NCBI RefSeq assembly: GCF_036321535.1
Contig: NC_087436.1
Location: 16,740,001-16,804,000, forward strand
Length of the DNA: 64,000 bases
Source of the DNA: Camelus dromedarius
Taxonomy: Eukaryota
Direction: 5' to 3'
The position numbers and the translations under genes were made by a program. The first letter of the stretch is position 1; every line of letters starts with the position of its first letter. Positions 47,767 through 59,689 of this stretch are shown one piece after another. The notes beneath the pieces are model-generated. The model did not search any database. It had not been told where the DNA came from and saw nothing but the letters and a program-made list of their open reading frames with translations.

Positions 47767-48204
47767 TTTCTTTCCTCTTGGGAAAGAGAAAACTAGAGGT
47801 GTTTTATTTCATCTTTCTGAAAGTAATTTTTTTAAGGAAGTTATTGTAAAACTTGCTCGTCTACGGGTTTGTAAGTTGAGGTGACATATATTACAGAGTT
47901 AGGCAGATTGTCCAGCTAATTATACTCTTGCTATATTTGAACAGAACTAAGGAGAAAAACTGCTTCTTACATTTTTTTTAACAATCACTTTCTAGGTATG
48001 ATAAAATTGCTTTTATATAAGTTGCGGTAGCATTGAAACAATATATTCTATGGCATTCAGAGAAAACTGATATTTGAATAATGATTGTGACTTAAAAAAA
48101 CAGATGCGTGCTGAAACATTAGTCTGCATGTTCTCCCTTTTTTCACAGACATTAAAAATACAAGAAAATTGGATAAAATGAACACAAAAAGCAAATTATT
48201 TAAA

Positions 48205-48410
48205 ACAAAGTAGAATTACCAGGGTTGAAGGGAGGCGGAATGAAAGAGTTGTTTAATGGGTATAGAGTTTCAGTTCTGCAAGATACAAAAGTTCTGGAGA
48301 TCCGTTTTACAACAGTGTGAATATACTTAACACTTTTGACTATACACTTAAAAATGGTTAAGATGGTATATTTTATGTTATGTGTTTTTCACCACAATAG
48401 TAATAATAAT
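48205..48410 (+). mobile_element. L1MB-like 3' end
   Basis: TTTAATGGGTATAGAGTTTCAGTT...AAAAGTTCTGGAGAT...TACACTTAAAAATGGTTAAGATGGTA...CACCACAAT. Confidence 0.85.
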
Positions 48411-48562
48411 AGTATAAGAAGCAAATTCTTACCTGGTCAATGTTGTCTATTTTCTGTAAATAAACTTTCTGGATGAGGAAGTCACCCAGAAATCTACAAT
48501 AAAGAAGCTTGATATTTATGATCCATTCTCTTAGAGTGAATGGTATTTACCTTAGAAATCAT

Positions 48563-48710
48563 GAGGGTAAGGTATAGCTCAGTGGTAGAGTGCCTGCCTA
48601 GCATGCGCAAGGTTGTGGGTTCAATCCCCAGTATCTCCACTTAAAAAATAGGTAAATAAATAAACCTAGTTACCTCTTCCCCTTAAAAAAAAGAAAAAAG
48701 AGAGAGAGAG
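48563..48710 (+). mobile_element. Vic-1-type camelid SINE with 9-bp TSD
   Basis: GGTATAGCTCAGTGGTAGAGTGCCTGCCTAGCATGCGCAAGGTTGTGGGTTCAATCCCCAGTATCTCC...TAAATAAACCTAGTTACCTC plus an A/AG tail. Flanks AGAAATCAT (48554-48562) and AGAAGTCAT (48711-48719). Confidence 0.9.
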
Positions 48711-49675
48711 AGAAGTCATTATAGAGCAGGACAAAGGATCAAGTATGAGTCATTTATAAATGCGTATTCAATTGTGATAAAATCAGAACTCTGTAGTTAG
48801 GCTAGATGAGCTCAGCACTATCATGTCATTGTTACAGATTTGGCATTTCAGAGAGTCTGAGATGACAATTATTTTCTAAATCATTAACAAACAGAAAATA
48901 CCTAATGCATGAGAAATAGATAATAGGGATAAAGTGGTTAAGGGAGCACCCTCAGTACTAATTTACCACTTTGGCCAGTGGTATTAAATTCTTATCTGTA
49001 GTCTCATTTTAACTTTTAACAGGCATAAGGGTCAACCCATTTGAGTGAACTCTCCGCCCCCTCCACCTCTAGAGGGAGTGCTAATGAACAGTGAAGTGGC
49101 TGAGAATAATCACTAACTGACTATTAAGTGATAGAACATCAGCTTTCTCTTACAGGTTGATGTAACACTAAATGGGAGCAATGTGGATCAAACCTTAGGA
49201 ATATTAACCTTATTAACTGTGCCAGATTTGGAGGACATTAGAGAACAGTTAAATACCCCTCTGATGCCTAGCTTCTCTAAGAGCAGATTAAGAAATATAT
49301 ATATATAATTTTTACAAACAACAGGAGATTCCTAAGGTGTTGTCATGTGAGTTCTTTTGCACAGTAACAGCAATTCTCAAGTAGATAGGAAGGGGGAACT
49401 CATTGCCTGATGAGCGATCCCATTTCTTCCTGTTAGCTCTGACCATTGGCTGTTTCTTCACAAGATGATGCAAAACCTGTGTCTGCTTAAGTTTCCACTT
49501 CTTTTGAATAAGCAGTGTGAGTGTTTTTAAGTCTTCTTCATAAAACACTTAGGATTAAAAAAAAAGAAGTTAGTTGCTATCCTTTAAATATGTTCCATAA
49601 ATAAAAAAGGTTATTTTAAAGTGCTCACAGTATAATAAAGTGACATTGAGTTATTTTAATTTTAAATAGGACTAC

Positions 49676-49772
49676 TGTTGACTGAAAAAAAAATACAACG
49701 TGAGAGCTGTGAGTTAAGTTTTCTTTGAGGCAAGATGAGGATTACAGCCCGGGAGACAGCCTCTCAGATAGT
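49676..49772 (-). mobile_element. Terminal ~100-bp fragment of a MER41-like ERV1 LTR
   Basis: TGTTGACTGAAAAAAAAATACAACGTGAGAG...GAGGATTACAGCCCGGGAGACAGCCTCTCAGATAG resembles recalled cetartiodactyl MER41-like LTR ends. Confidence 0.65.
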
Positions 49773-50309
49773 CTATAAATCTTGTCTTCCAAATAAAATG
49801 AGAAAGGAATTCTACTCTACAGTGGACTATTTTGAGGTGATAACTTTCTCAATGTATGTGAGTGAATTAATTAGTTTGCAATAAGAGGAAGTTTTAAGAG
49901 ACGTAATGACGTTTAAGCATGACACAACTATTTTAAGACAGTCTTTGTCTTTAGCTTTTATTCTTTTGCTTTCATTTTACTTGTTCCTGTGCAAGTAAGG
50001 CATTGTGTTTGACAGGGGCAGGTATTTAAATGATAATTTTAAGACAATAAGTAGGACATTTAAAAAGACTGCAGATTTTGCCATGAGGATTCTCAGCACA
50101 TAGTGACATTCAGTGTGTTTAACAGAAGTTCTTTTGGGTCATTTGACAAAAAATTTGTTCTTCATAGGAAAAATGTAATTGTTGATTAATATTCTTGTTC
50201 TAATTTTAATTTAATGGTGGGATTCTTTTACTATTTAAAATATATAAAAAGAGAATGTTTAAACTATACAATCAGAGGTATGGTAGAAAGAGCACTAGAC
50301 AATAAAGAC

Positions 50310-51800
50310 AGTTTTCCTTCTTTTCCTATCTGGATGACTTTCATTTCATTTTCTTTGCCTTGCTCCACTGGCTAGAACCTCCAGCACAATGCTGTAGAGG
50401 AGGGTGAGAGTAGGCCTTCTTGCCTAGGGGGAAAAATGTTCAGTCTTCTTCCATTAAATATGATGTTAGGTATAGATTCTACATAGATGCTCTTTATTAG
50501 GTCAAGAAAATTTCCTTCTCATAGCCTGATGAGAATTTTTTTTTATTATTGAGAATGGATGCTGGATTTTGTAAAACCTTTTTTTCTAAATGTGTAAAAA
50601 GATCATTTTTTTTTTCTCTCTTTGTTTGTTAATATGGTGAATTACATTAATTAGTATTTAATTGTTAAACTAATCTTTCATTATTGGGCTAAACCTCACT
50701 TTGTCATGATGTATTATCCTTTTTATATATAATTGGATGTAGTTTACTAAAATTTCTTGGAGGATTTTTGTACCTATGTTCATAAGGAATATTATTTGTC
50801 AGTTTTATTTTGTTTTTCTTGTAGTGTATCTGTGATTTTTGTCTTAATGCTTGCCTTATAGAAGGTGTAGGGAGTACTTTTGCCCTTCCGATTTTCTGGA
50901 AGAGCTTGTATAGAATTGGTATAGCTCCTTAAAAATTTGGTAGAATTCACCCATGAAGTCTTCTGGGTATGGTATTTTCTCTGTTGAAAAGTTTTAATTA
51001 CATGTTCCATTTTAAAAATACATATGGAACTATTCAGGTTATCTAATTCTTCTTGAGTGATCTTTGGTAGTTTGTGTCTTTCAAGGATACCATTTTATCT
51101 AAGTTGTAGAATTTATGGGCAAAAAGTTGATAATACACCCTTATTATTTTACTTCCTATAAAGAGTCTGTAGTGATGGCACCTCTTTCATTACTGATATT
51201 TGTAACTTGTGTCTTCATACTTTTTTTCTCATCAGTCTGTCTAGAAGTTTATAAATTTTATTGATTTTTTTTAAATGACTAGCTTTTGAGTGTATTGATT
51301 TAAAATTTTTTCTATTTTATGTTTTGTTGATTTCTTTCCTGCCCTTTTTATTTCTTTTATTTTGCTTACTTCAGGTTTAAATTGCATTTTTAAATTTTGT
51401 AATTTTATTTTTTAATTTTATGAATGTCAATTAGTTCAAGTTGCTTAATAGTATTACTTAAGATGCCTGTATCCTCACGGATTTTCTATGTACTTTATCT
51501 ATAATTATTGAAAAGTGTCGACATCTCCAAGTATAATTGTGCATTTGTCTGTTTCTCTTTGCAGTTCTATCAGTTTTTTGCTTTGTGCAGTTTGTAGTTC
51601 TACCATTAGATGTATAAAACTTTATGACTGTTATTTCCTCTTAATGAATTGACCCTTTTATCATTATGAAGTGATCTTCTCTATCCCTTGTAATATTCTT
51701 TGCTCTGAAATCTAGTTTACTGAATATTAATAATATAGCCAGTCCAGCTTTTTTTGATTGGTGTAGCATGGTCTATCTTTTCTGTCTTTTCCTTTTTAGC
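50310..51800 (-). mobile_element. Old L1 ORF2 fragments
   Basis: GCTAGAACCTCCAGCACAATG, GGTAGAATTCACCCATGAAG, AATTGACCCTTTTATCATTATG. Confidence 0.85.
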
Positions 51801-51825
51801 TATTGAGCACTACACATTTTGGGAC

Positions 51826-52710
51826 TTTTTTTTAATTGAAGTATAGTTGATTTACAATGTTGTGTTAGTTTCTGGTGTACAGCACAGTGATTCAGTTATA
51901 CATATGTATATTCTTTTTCATATTCCTTTTTATTATAGGTTATTACAAGTTACTGAATATAGTTCCCTGTGCTATACAGTAGGACTTTTTTGTTTACCTA
52001 TTCTATATATAGTAGTTTGTATCTGCTAATCCCAAACTCCCAATTTATTCCTCCCCTCCTTTCCCCTTTGGTAACCATAAGCTTGTTTTCTATGTCTGTA
52101 AGTCTGTTTTGTAAATAAGTTCATTTGTGCATTTTTTAGATTCCACATATAAGTGATATCTTATGGGATTTGTTCTTCTCTGACATACTTCACTTAGTAT
52201 GATAATCTCATGTTGCTGCAAATGGCATTATTTCATTCTTTTTTATAGTTGAGTAGTATTCCATGGTGTGTGTGTATATATATATATACCACATCTTCTT
52301 TATTCACTCATATGTTGATGGACATTTAGGTTGCTTCCATGTCTTGGCTATTGTAAACAATGCTGCTACGAACATTGGAGTGCATGTATCTTTTTGAATT
52401 AGAGTTTTCTCTAGGTAAATGCCCATGAATGGGATTGCTGGATCATATGGTAAGTATTATTTTTAGTTTTTTAAGGAATCTCCATACTGTTTTCCATAGT
52501 GGCTGGACCAAATTACATTCCCACCAACAGCATAGGAGGGTTCCCTTTTCTCCACACTCTCCAGCATTTATTGTATGTGGACTTTTTAATGATGATCATT
52601 CTGTTTGGTGTGAGATGATACCTCATGTTAGTTTTGGTTTGCATTTCTCTGATAATTAGCAATATTGAGCATTTTTTTATGTGCTTGTTGGCCGTTTGTA
52701 TGTCTTCTTG
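51826..52710 (-). mobile_element. Cetartiodactyl-type L1 3' portion
   Basis: TTTTTTTAATTGAAGTATAGTTGATTTACAATGTTGTGTTAGTTTCTGGTGTACAGCACAGTGATTCAG...GGGATTGCTGGATCATATGG. Confidence 0.92.
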
Positions 52711-52829
52711 GATCTCTAGGTTTTATGTGATGGGTTTCTGATATCACTTTGTACTTTTTAGGGACCTGAACTATATATCTTCTTTCTCACATGTGTGCCC
52801 CATTAAAATGCTGGGTATGAATGGTTGGT

Positions 52830-53100
52830 AGTTTTATTTGCAAAGATATTGAAAGGGGCACATTTTAGATATAAAAGATCATGGATTTTATCTGGTCAAG
52901 TTGAGTTTGCGATTCCTGATGGACAACCTTGAAGAATATGTCTAGCAGGCAGTTGGCTATATGGTTTTATAACTCAGGGACATCAGCCCATAGGAGGTAC
53001 TTGAGTTTATGGGTATAAATGAATTCCCCTACGAAAGCTCTTCAGAATGAGAGAAGAACCAACAGTGAAAACCTGGCAAAATGGGTTTTTAATGAGAAAG
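52830..53100 (-). mobile_element. L2 fragment
   Basis: GTTGAGTTTGCGATTCCT...TCTAGCAGGCAGTTGGCTATATGG. Confidence 0.6.
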
Positions 53101-56100
53101 AATCTGTAGTTTAGATAAGTTCTAATGCAGTTGATATACTTTTGGTAATGAAATTTTCTTATATCTGTGAATTATTAAATGCAAATGACAGTGACTCTTT
53201 TATCATGAAAAATTATTTTGATATTTCACTCTATGATCTGTGGAGATTTTAATACTCTTTCTAATGTGCTTGATCTAAATGTAATACCCTAAATAGTTTA
53301 AATTATTCATAAATATTTTTCTAAATTTATTCTGCAAAGAATTCAATTCTCTTGGTCAGCAAGTTACATAAAGTGCCCAAAGGCTCAAGTTTGTCAGCTG
53401 TTTTGTTCATAACTCTTAGTGCCAAGTGATACCACAGAGGAGTCACTTATTTTAAGCCTTCTGTAAATATGTGATTCAGTTGCCAAATCTCATGAGTGTT
53501 TTGCTTAATGATTCTTGGTCTCTGTTTAAGTGCTTCTGTTGTTGAGTAACCTTACCCTGACTAGGGGTGGGAAAATACTGGGATAATTCCATTACAGACA
53601 GAAATGTCACAGGCTGGATTCTACATGTTGGAACTCTTGGCAGCGGATATTCAAGTTCCCAAGGGGTGTGTGGGATGTTCAGAAAATTGATCCTAAATAG
53701 AATTTTATTTTAACTTTAAAATGCACCTGACCAGAAATTTTAAAATAGATGCAATAATATCTGATATAATACCTCTACTTAGAATTTTTTCTTGTTGACT
53801 GCTGTTTAATATTAGTATAATTTATTATGCCTGTTAACAATCCAGAGAGGCTAGAATATCAGATGATTTATAAATGATTTATCTAGTGAGTAAACTTTTC
53901 AATTTCTAACCCTGGTTTTGTTATCACAGAGATTGTGAAGTGGACAAGGTCATTCTGCCTCCTGGTGTTGCCATTAGTACAGTCTCCAAATTGCAGAAGG
54001 CTTCACAGTGATTGTGAAATTATGTCTCTGCTGAAGGCATGATTACTAATAGTTTAATCTACCCACCCTTCACATTTTTTGGTGTATGTGAAGTAAATGT
54101 TTAATGTGAAGCAAAATGCAAGATGTGTGAAGAGAACGTCATCTGTCAAGTTATCCTTCTAGGATCTTAGAGAGGTGATAAAATTATTCACATCAGGGCT
54201 GTGAGTTACTTTCCTTGAGACATGAGACTAGTAGTCACACTTATTTTATATAGATTTTTTTCAGGCTCACATAACTAAAACTAGATCAGGTATGGAAGTT
54301 AAAAATAGTAAATGCCCTAAACTCAAAAACAGATCTTCTTAGTACATATACACTTATAAAGCCCATTTTATGTTGTCTCACTTTTTTTAAGTGCATCTAT
54401 AGTCCCTCCTAACTCCCATTCATTCTGTTCTTCTTTTTCAAAAGGAATATTTACACGTAAAGGTTTCAGTTCTTCAAAAACCAGTTTAACTTGTCATCTT
54501 AATGACAAAGACTAATGATCAGCAATGATAACACAGCTCCCAAACCATTTAATATTCTGAGCTAAAACATAAAGTTACAGTACTGAAATTTTCACTCTAT
54601 CCAACATAATCAGTGGAGAGAAGACTACAGGCTATCAGAAAAGATGGACTCTTAAAACTAGGATGAAGTTCAGGAAGTATCCTTTGAGACTGACAGACAG
54701 TAGCACCATGCATGGATAGAATTTGCTATTTACAGCCATCTCTTTTACAAGGGACTCATTTAATGAATTTTGAAATGACAGGAGCTAAATATGACAACAG
54801 GAGTAAACCAACTAAAATATAATTAAATAATGAAAGAAAAATATATTATGGAGATATTTTGAAAAGAATAAAGATAACAGTATTTCATGGATCTTTGAGA
54901 AATCAGAGTTACAAAATAAGAATTTCAACAAAGCCACAGAAATCTATGTGTGCCAAAGATTCTCAGGCAAGGTGGCATCCAGTTGTGAATATTCAACTGA
55001 GCAATGCTTGTCTCCATGAAGATCTTCATGGTAGTGACTCTAAGAAATGGATGAATTGCCATTTTGGTGATAGATGATTTTGGTTAATGAAATCATTTTA
55101 TTAGATTTTACTTCTTCCTATGCCATCTTTTAAAAATTATATGAGCAATCAATGCATGTTGTTTTTAGGAAAATTTGAAAAATAAAAAAATCATGAAATG
55201 GCATTGCAGATTTATTAATATACATTTTTTTTTTACAAAATGTGTTCATTCCTTAAATATTATCTTGCAATCTAATATTTGTTTTTGTTAATATTATAGG
55301 TAAAATATTTCAATTAGCCCTAGGTAAAGTAACAAAAATTATGATTATTATTTTTAGGGTCAGCATTAATTCCTTTCTTTTACAGCATTTTTCCATTAAT
55401 GTGGAAAGAGTAGGAGTAGTGATACTAAGTGTAAAAATCAGAAAGTTGTATTTAGTGAATTTCTTGATGTGCAAACCTAAGAACCAAATCCTCTACCTAT
55501 GTGGACCCACTGAATTTCATATTTTCATCAAACGTCTTTGTTAATCCAAGATTTATTCATAATAATTCTGCTAGTTATGGGTAATGGTTGCAAAATAGTA
55601 AACGCTCTGTGATTTTTCAGCAAATCACAGAAATGCAAAAATATTGGTTAACACAGAACTCCTCATCTTTTTTCTTCTTGTTTTCAGAATTACTCATCTT
55701 TCATTTCTCTCTTGTAGTTCTCACGCTGTGTTATCTTGGTCAGTATCTGCTTTCTCCTACTTCAAAACAATGAATACCATCCTTATTCTTTGTCTCCTTG
55801 AGAGCACTTCCTCTAAGCTAAGACCTCTCTAGAAAGACTCTGACCTCCCTTGGTTTCTCTGACCCAGCATTTGGCAACACTGAAGGTACATAAGTGTTCA
55901 GTCATCATCTAAATTTTACAAAGAAATTTCTTGGAGAAATATATTTTTTGGTACTTTTCATTTGTTTAAAGTGGGTTTGAAGTGGTTAGGTAGGGGAAAG
56001 GTTATTTCTTCCCTATGTTTAGCAGCTGTCAACTGCACTCCTCTCTGTCATTTTCTAGGTTGGTGGCAGACCCAAACATCACTCTATACTCTTACTGTGT

Positions 56101-56302
56101 TCTTCCTCATTTCTGTAACATTCAGTTTGAAATGAACATTAAAGCAATGCCTCTAACGAGTGTGAGCTAAGGTTCCAGTAGTAAAAACTTAAGTATAAAA
56201 TTTTAGGTAAATAGTCCAAACTATGGCTGACCAGAGCAGTGTGGTTTGGGACTTGTTATTTTTGTTAAGAAACTACTTGTAGGATGTAATGCTTTTATCT
56301 AG

Positions 56303-56392
56303 CTGTGGTATCTGTAGTGCCTGTTTCTGCACTACGGGATACAGCAGCATCCTCATTTAACATTGCCAAAGTGCTGGCACTTTGGTTACAAG
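56303..56392 (+). other. Candidate 90-nt frame-symmetric exon containing two hairpins
   Basis: Acceptor GCTTTTATCTAG|C, donor AAG|GTAAAT. Only one frame is open (phase 1: VVSVVPVSALRDTAASSFNIAKVLALWLQ). Confidence 0.35.
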
Positions 56393-56609
56393 GTAAATTT
56401 GGATTTTGTTTTGATGAAAATATGTTTTTTTTTTCCCTGGCAAATAGGGCATATTCCTCAGCTCTTCCACCAACACCCCCAAGTACTTTCTGCTCTCTAC
56501 TCCTTTTCCCCATTGCACAGATTCTACCAAGTTAAAAAAAAAAGTTTCTGATTCTTTAGGCATTGCATCTTTCTGTAGAAGTTTCTCTTCATTCCTTTCA
56601 TAATAAGAA

Positions 56610-56830
56610 GCAGCATGCCCAGTGGTTAAAAGCTTGAGTTTTCAAGTCCTGGCTTGAACCCTGGCTTGGCCACCTCTAGCTCTTTGGTCTTGAGGAAGTT
56701 ACTGGACCTCTCCAAACCTCAATGTCTTTATCTAAGAAATGGAAATTATTAGTACTAAGTGCAGAACATTATTTGAGTCTTCAATAAAATCATGTTCTGA
56801 AGGGTTTAGCATGGCAAAGATCATACCCTG
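56610..56830 (+). mobile_element. MIR SINE
   Basis: CAGTGGTTAAAAGC...GGCTTGAACCCTGGC...AAGTTACTGGACCTCTCCAAACCTCA...AAATGGAAAT. Confidence 0.8.
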
Positions 56831-57889
56831 GGGGCTTCATACATGATTTTTTTTTTAAATTTTACAAATCTTTGTTGAGATTCTCTCTGATGTTCCAGTT
56901 TAGGGGAGAAACACACTTTGGCTCTTGTGCTTTTCCAAGCCTCTTTTCTTGCTTCACGAACCTCTTAAAATCCCACCTCTTCAATGTATTTTCATCTACA
57001 CCCAAACTTGGCATGCAAAAATATGACATTCTGCAGCAATTGCAAATGTTTTTTGTTTGTTCTTGTTGCTGTCAATCTTGCTATATTGTACACCAGCAGC
57101 CTAATGTATTGTACATGTTATTCCTTTCTGATGACAGTGCTAGTGATGGACTGTATAAGTAGGAAGATCATATTTTGAGGATAAAGGCCAATATCAGGTT
57201 AAATTTAATTGTATTTAAACTTCACTCATTGAATGTACTCAAAAGCTTTTGTTATTTAACTTCAGGTGGTGTTACCAGAGCATGGACTTGGCCGTGTGTG
57301 TGTGTGTAGGCACTCCATGTATATGTATACATTTTTATTGATGTACAATCAATTACATTGTGTCTGTGTTTGGTGTACAGCACAATATCCCAGTCGTGCA
57401 TATATTTTTAAATTTAACATTTTTACTAAAGCTGCTATAGAAAATTGCTGCATGGCAAAGGGATTAAGATCTCTGGGAACCCCTACTGAGAGTAATTAAG
57501 AAATGTGATTTAAATAAAAAGCTCTTTGGGGATTTGCCTGTTAGAGATTGGTAGAGGTCTGTGGAGAGCTTTATCCCTGAATTATAACTGAATAGATTTT
57601 ATATAAATTAATCTGAACTAGAAATTATTTTTTAATCCCTCATGTGAAACTGTACCTAAAACTGTACCTAAATAGCAAGGCAATTAAATTTAATTTCCTT
57701 ACTGGCATTGATTGTCTTATAGATAGGGCCAGATGAATACAGCCTACGACATCAAGGCACCTTTACAATATAGAAATACTGCAGCCTTTGTCGTAGTAAG
57801 TTATTGGGTACAATTTAAAAATAATCACTGCAGTTTTTCTAGGTATTTTACTTAAAATTATCTTAGTGCATCTAACTATTACTTCTCTT

Positions 57890-59072
57890 TTAAAATTGAG
57901 ATTTAGACATATAACATTATGGTAGTTTCAGGTGTATGACATAATGATTCGATATTTGTATGTGTTATAAAATGATCACAGTAAGTCTTGTTAACATCCA
58001 TCATCATAAATAATTGCAATTTCCCTTGTGAAGAGAACTTTTAAGATCTACTCTCTTAACAACTTTAAAATATACAATACAATATTATTACCTATAGTCA
58101 GCATGCTGTACATTACATCCCTAGGACTTGTTTAATTGATAACTGGGAGTTTGTGCCTTTTGGCCCCCGTCACCCCTTTTACCCACTCCCTACCCTCTGC
58201 CTCTGACAACCACCAATCTGCTCTCTGTATCTATGAGTTCAAATTTTTAGGTTCCTCCTCTAAGTGAGATCATAATATTTGTCTTTCTCTGTCTGACTTG
58301 AATATTTCACTTAGCATAGTGCCCTCAAGGCCCATCATACTGTTGTAAGTGGCAAGATTTCATTCTTTTTTTTTGGCTGAATAATGTTCTGTTATGTGTG
58401 TTTATGTGTATACGTTCACTGATTTATGGACATTTAGATTGCTTCCATATCTTGGCTATTGTAAATCATGTTGCAGTGAACGTGGGGGTGCAGATATCTT
58501 TTTGAGTTAGTGTTTTCATTTCCTGTGGATAAATACCCACAGATGGAATTGCTGGATCATATGGTAGTCCTATTTTTAACTTTCTGAGAAACCTTCCTAC
58601 TGTTTTCTGTAGTGGTTGCACCAATTTACATTCCCTCCAACAGTGCACAAGGGTTCCCTTTTCTCCACATCCTTGTCAAGACTTATTTTTTGTATTTTTG
58701 TTGACAGCCATTCTGACAGGTGTGAGGTGATACCTCGTTGTGGCTTAATTTTCGTAGATGGTGTGAGATAGTGGTCCAGTTTCATTATTTTGCATGTGAC
58801 TCTTGGCTCCTGTGTTGCAAATTAATTAATCATCTATGTGTGGTTTTACTTCTGGGCTCTGTTCTGTTCCATTAATCTATGTATCTGTTTTTAATGGTAA
58901 TATCATACTGTTTTGATTACTATAGATTTGTAGTATCATTCAAAATCAGGAAGCATGGTGTCTCCGGCTTTGTTCTTCTTTCTCAGTTGCTTGTGCTATT
59001 TGGTGTCTTTTGTGGTTCCATACAAATTTTAGGGTTGTTTGTTCTATTTTAATGAAAAATGCCATTGGAATT
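57890..59072 (-). mobile_element. L1 (L1MA9-like) 3' portion with an internal deletion
   Basis: GAGAACTTTTAAGATCTACTCTCTTAACAACTTT 3' UTR. ORF-track peptide [12 protein letters not shown]...LPYDPAIP (58466-58648) is the L1 ORF2 C-terminus. Confidence 0.92.
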
Positions 59073-59689
59073 ATACTTCTTATTTGGCTAGACTGATTCA
59101 TTGTTTAGTCTGTCCTTCCTAAATTTGATTACCATTATCCTGCTGCCTCAGTCTTTTTTTTTCTCCTGAAGAATAATGCCTAGATCTTTTGTCCTTTAAT
59201 CATGAAGATTATTTTGGGAACTTACATCTTTTATTATATTTTTAAAAATTTGTGAGATCTTGCTCTCATGCTTTCACTTTCTCAAAGTGTTATCTCTTTA
59301 CCTATATACTGTCCCAACTAATAATTCAGCCTTATTAATGGAGATCAATTCCTTAGTTCTTTACTGTAAGCTACCAGGCTGCTTCTTGGAAATTCATATA
59401 AATAACATCTAGTTTTTAGGTACTTAATTTTCACATTATGTAGCATATAACTATCTTTTCATAAATTTTATAAGTTAAATGCTTTTCTATTATTAATTAA
59501 TGCTATGTTTTTGAAAAATTGGGGCCCCAGAAAAGAGATTATGTGATACAAGAAGTCAGCAGCTGAACTTTTTTTGGATACATATATTTCTGGGGAACTG
59601 GATTTTTGTACTTCTAATATAATCACTGTAACTTGTTGCTACACTTAATTATTTTACAAATAATTTTTGAACACTTATATTTAGAGAAT

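Noticed and set aside
49156..49308. Terminal coding exon after acceptor TTTCTCTTACAG (VDVTLNGSNVDQ...)
   Set aside because: About 50 open codons with no recognisable homology, ending in a (TA)n run; compatible with chance.
56302..56393. H/ACA snoRNA or miR-17/93-family precursor
   Set aside because: The ANANNA (ACAGCA, 56341) lies inside stem 1, and hairpin 2 lacks a proper pocket and lower stem. CAAAGTGCTG matches only the first ~10 nt of miR-93 and that hairpin is far too short. Kept only as an unexplained structure.
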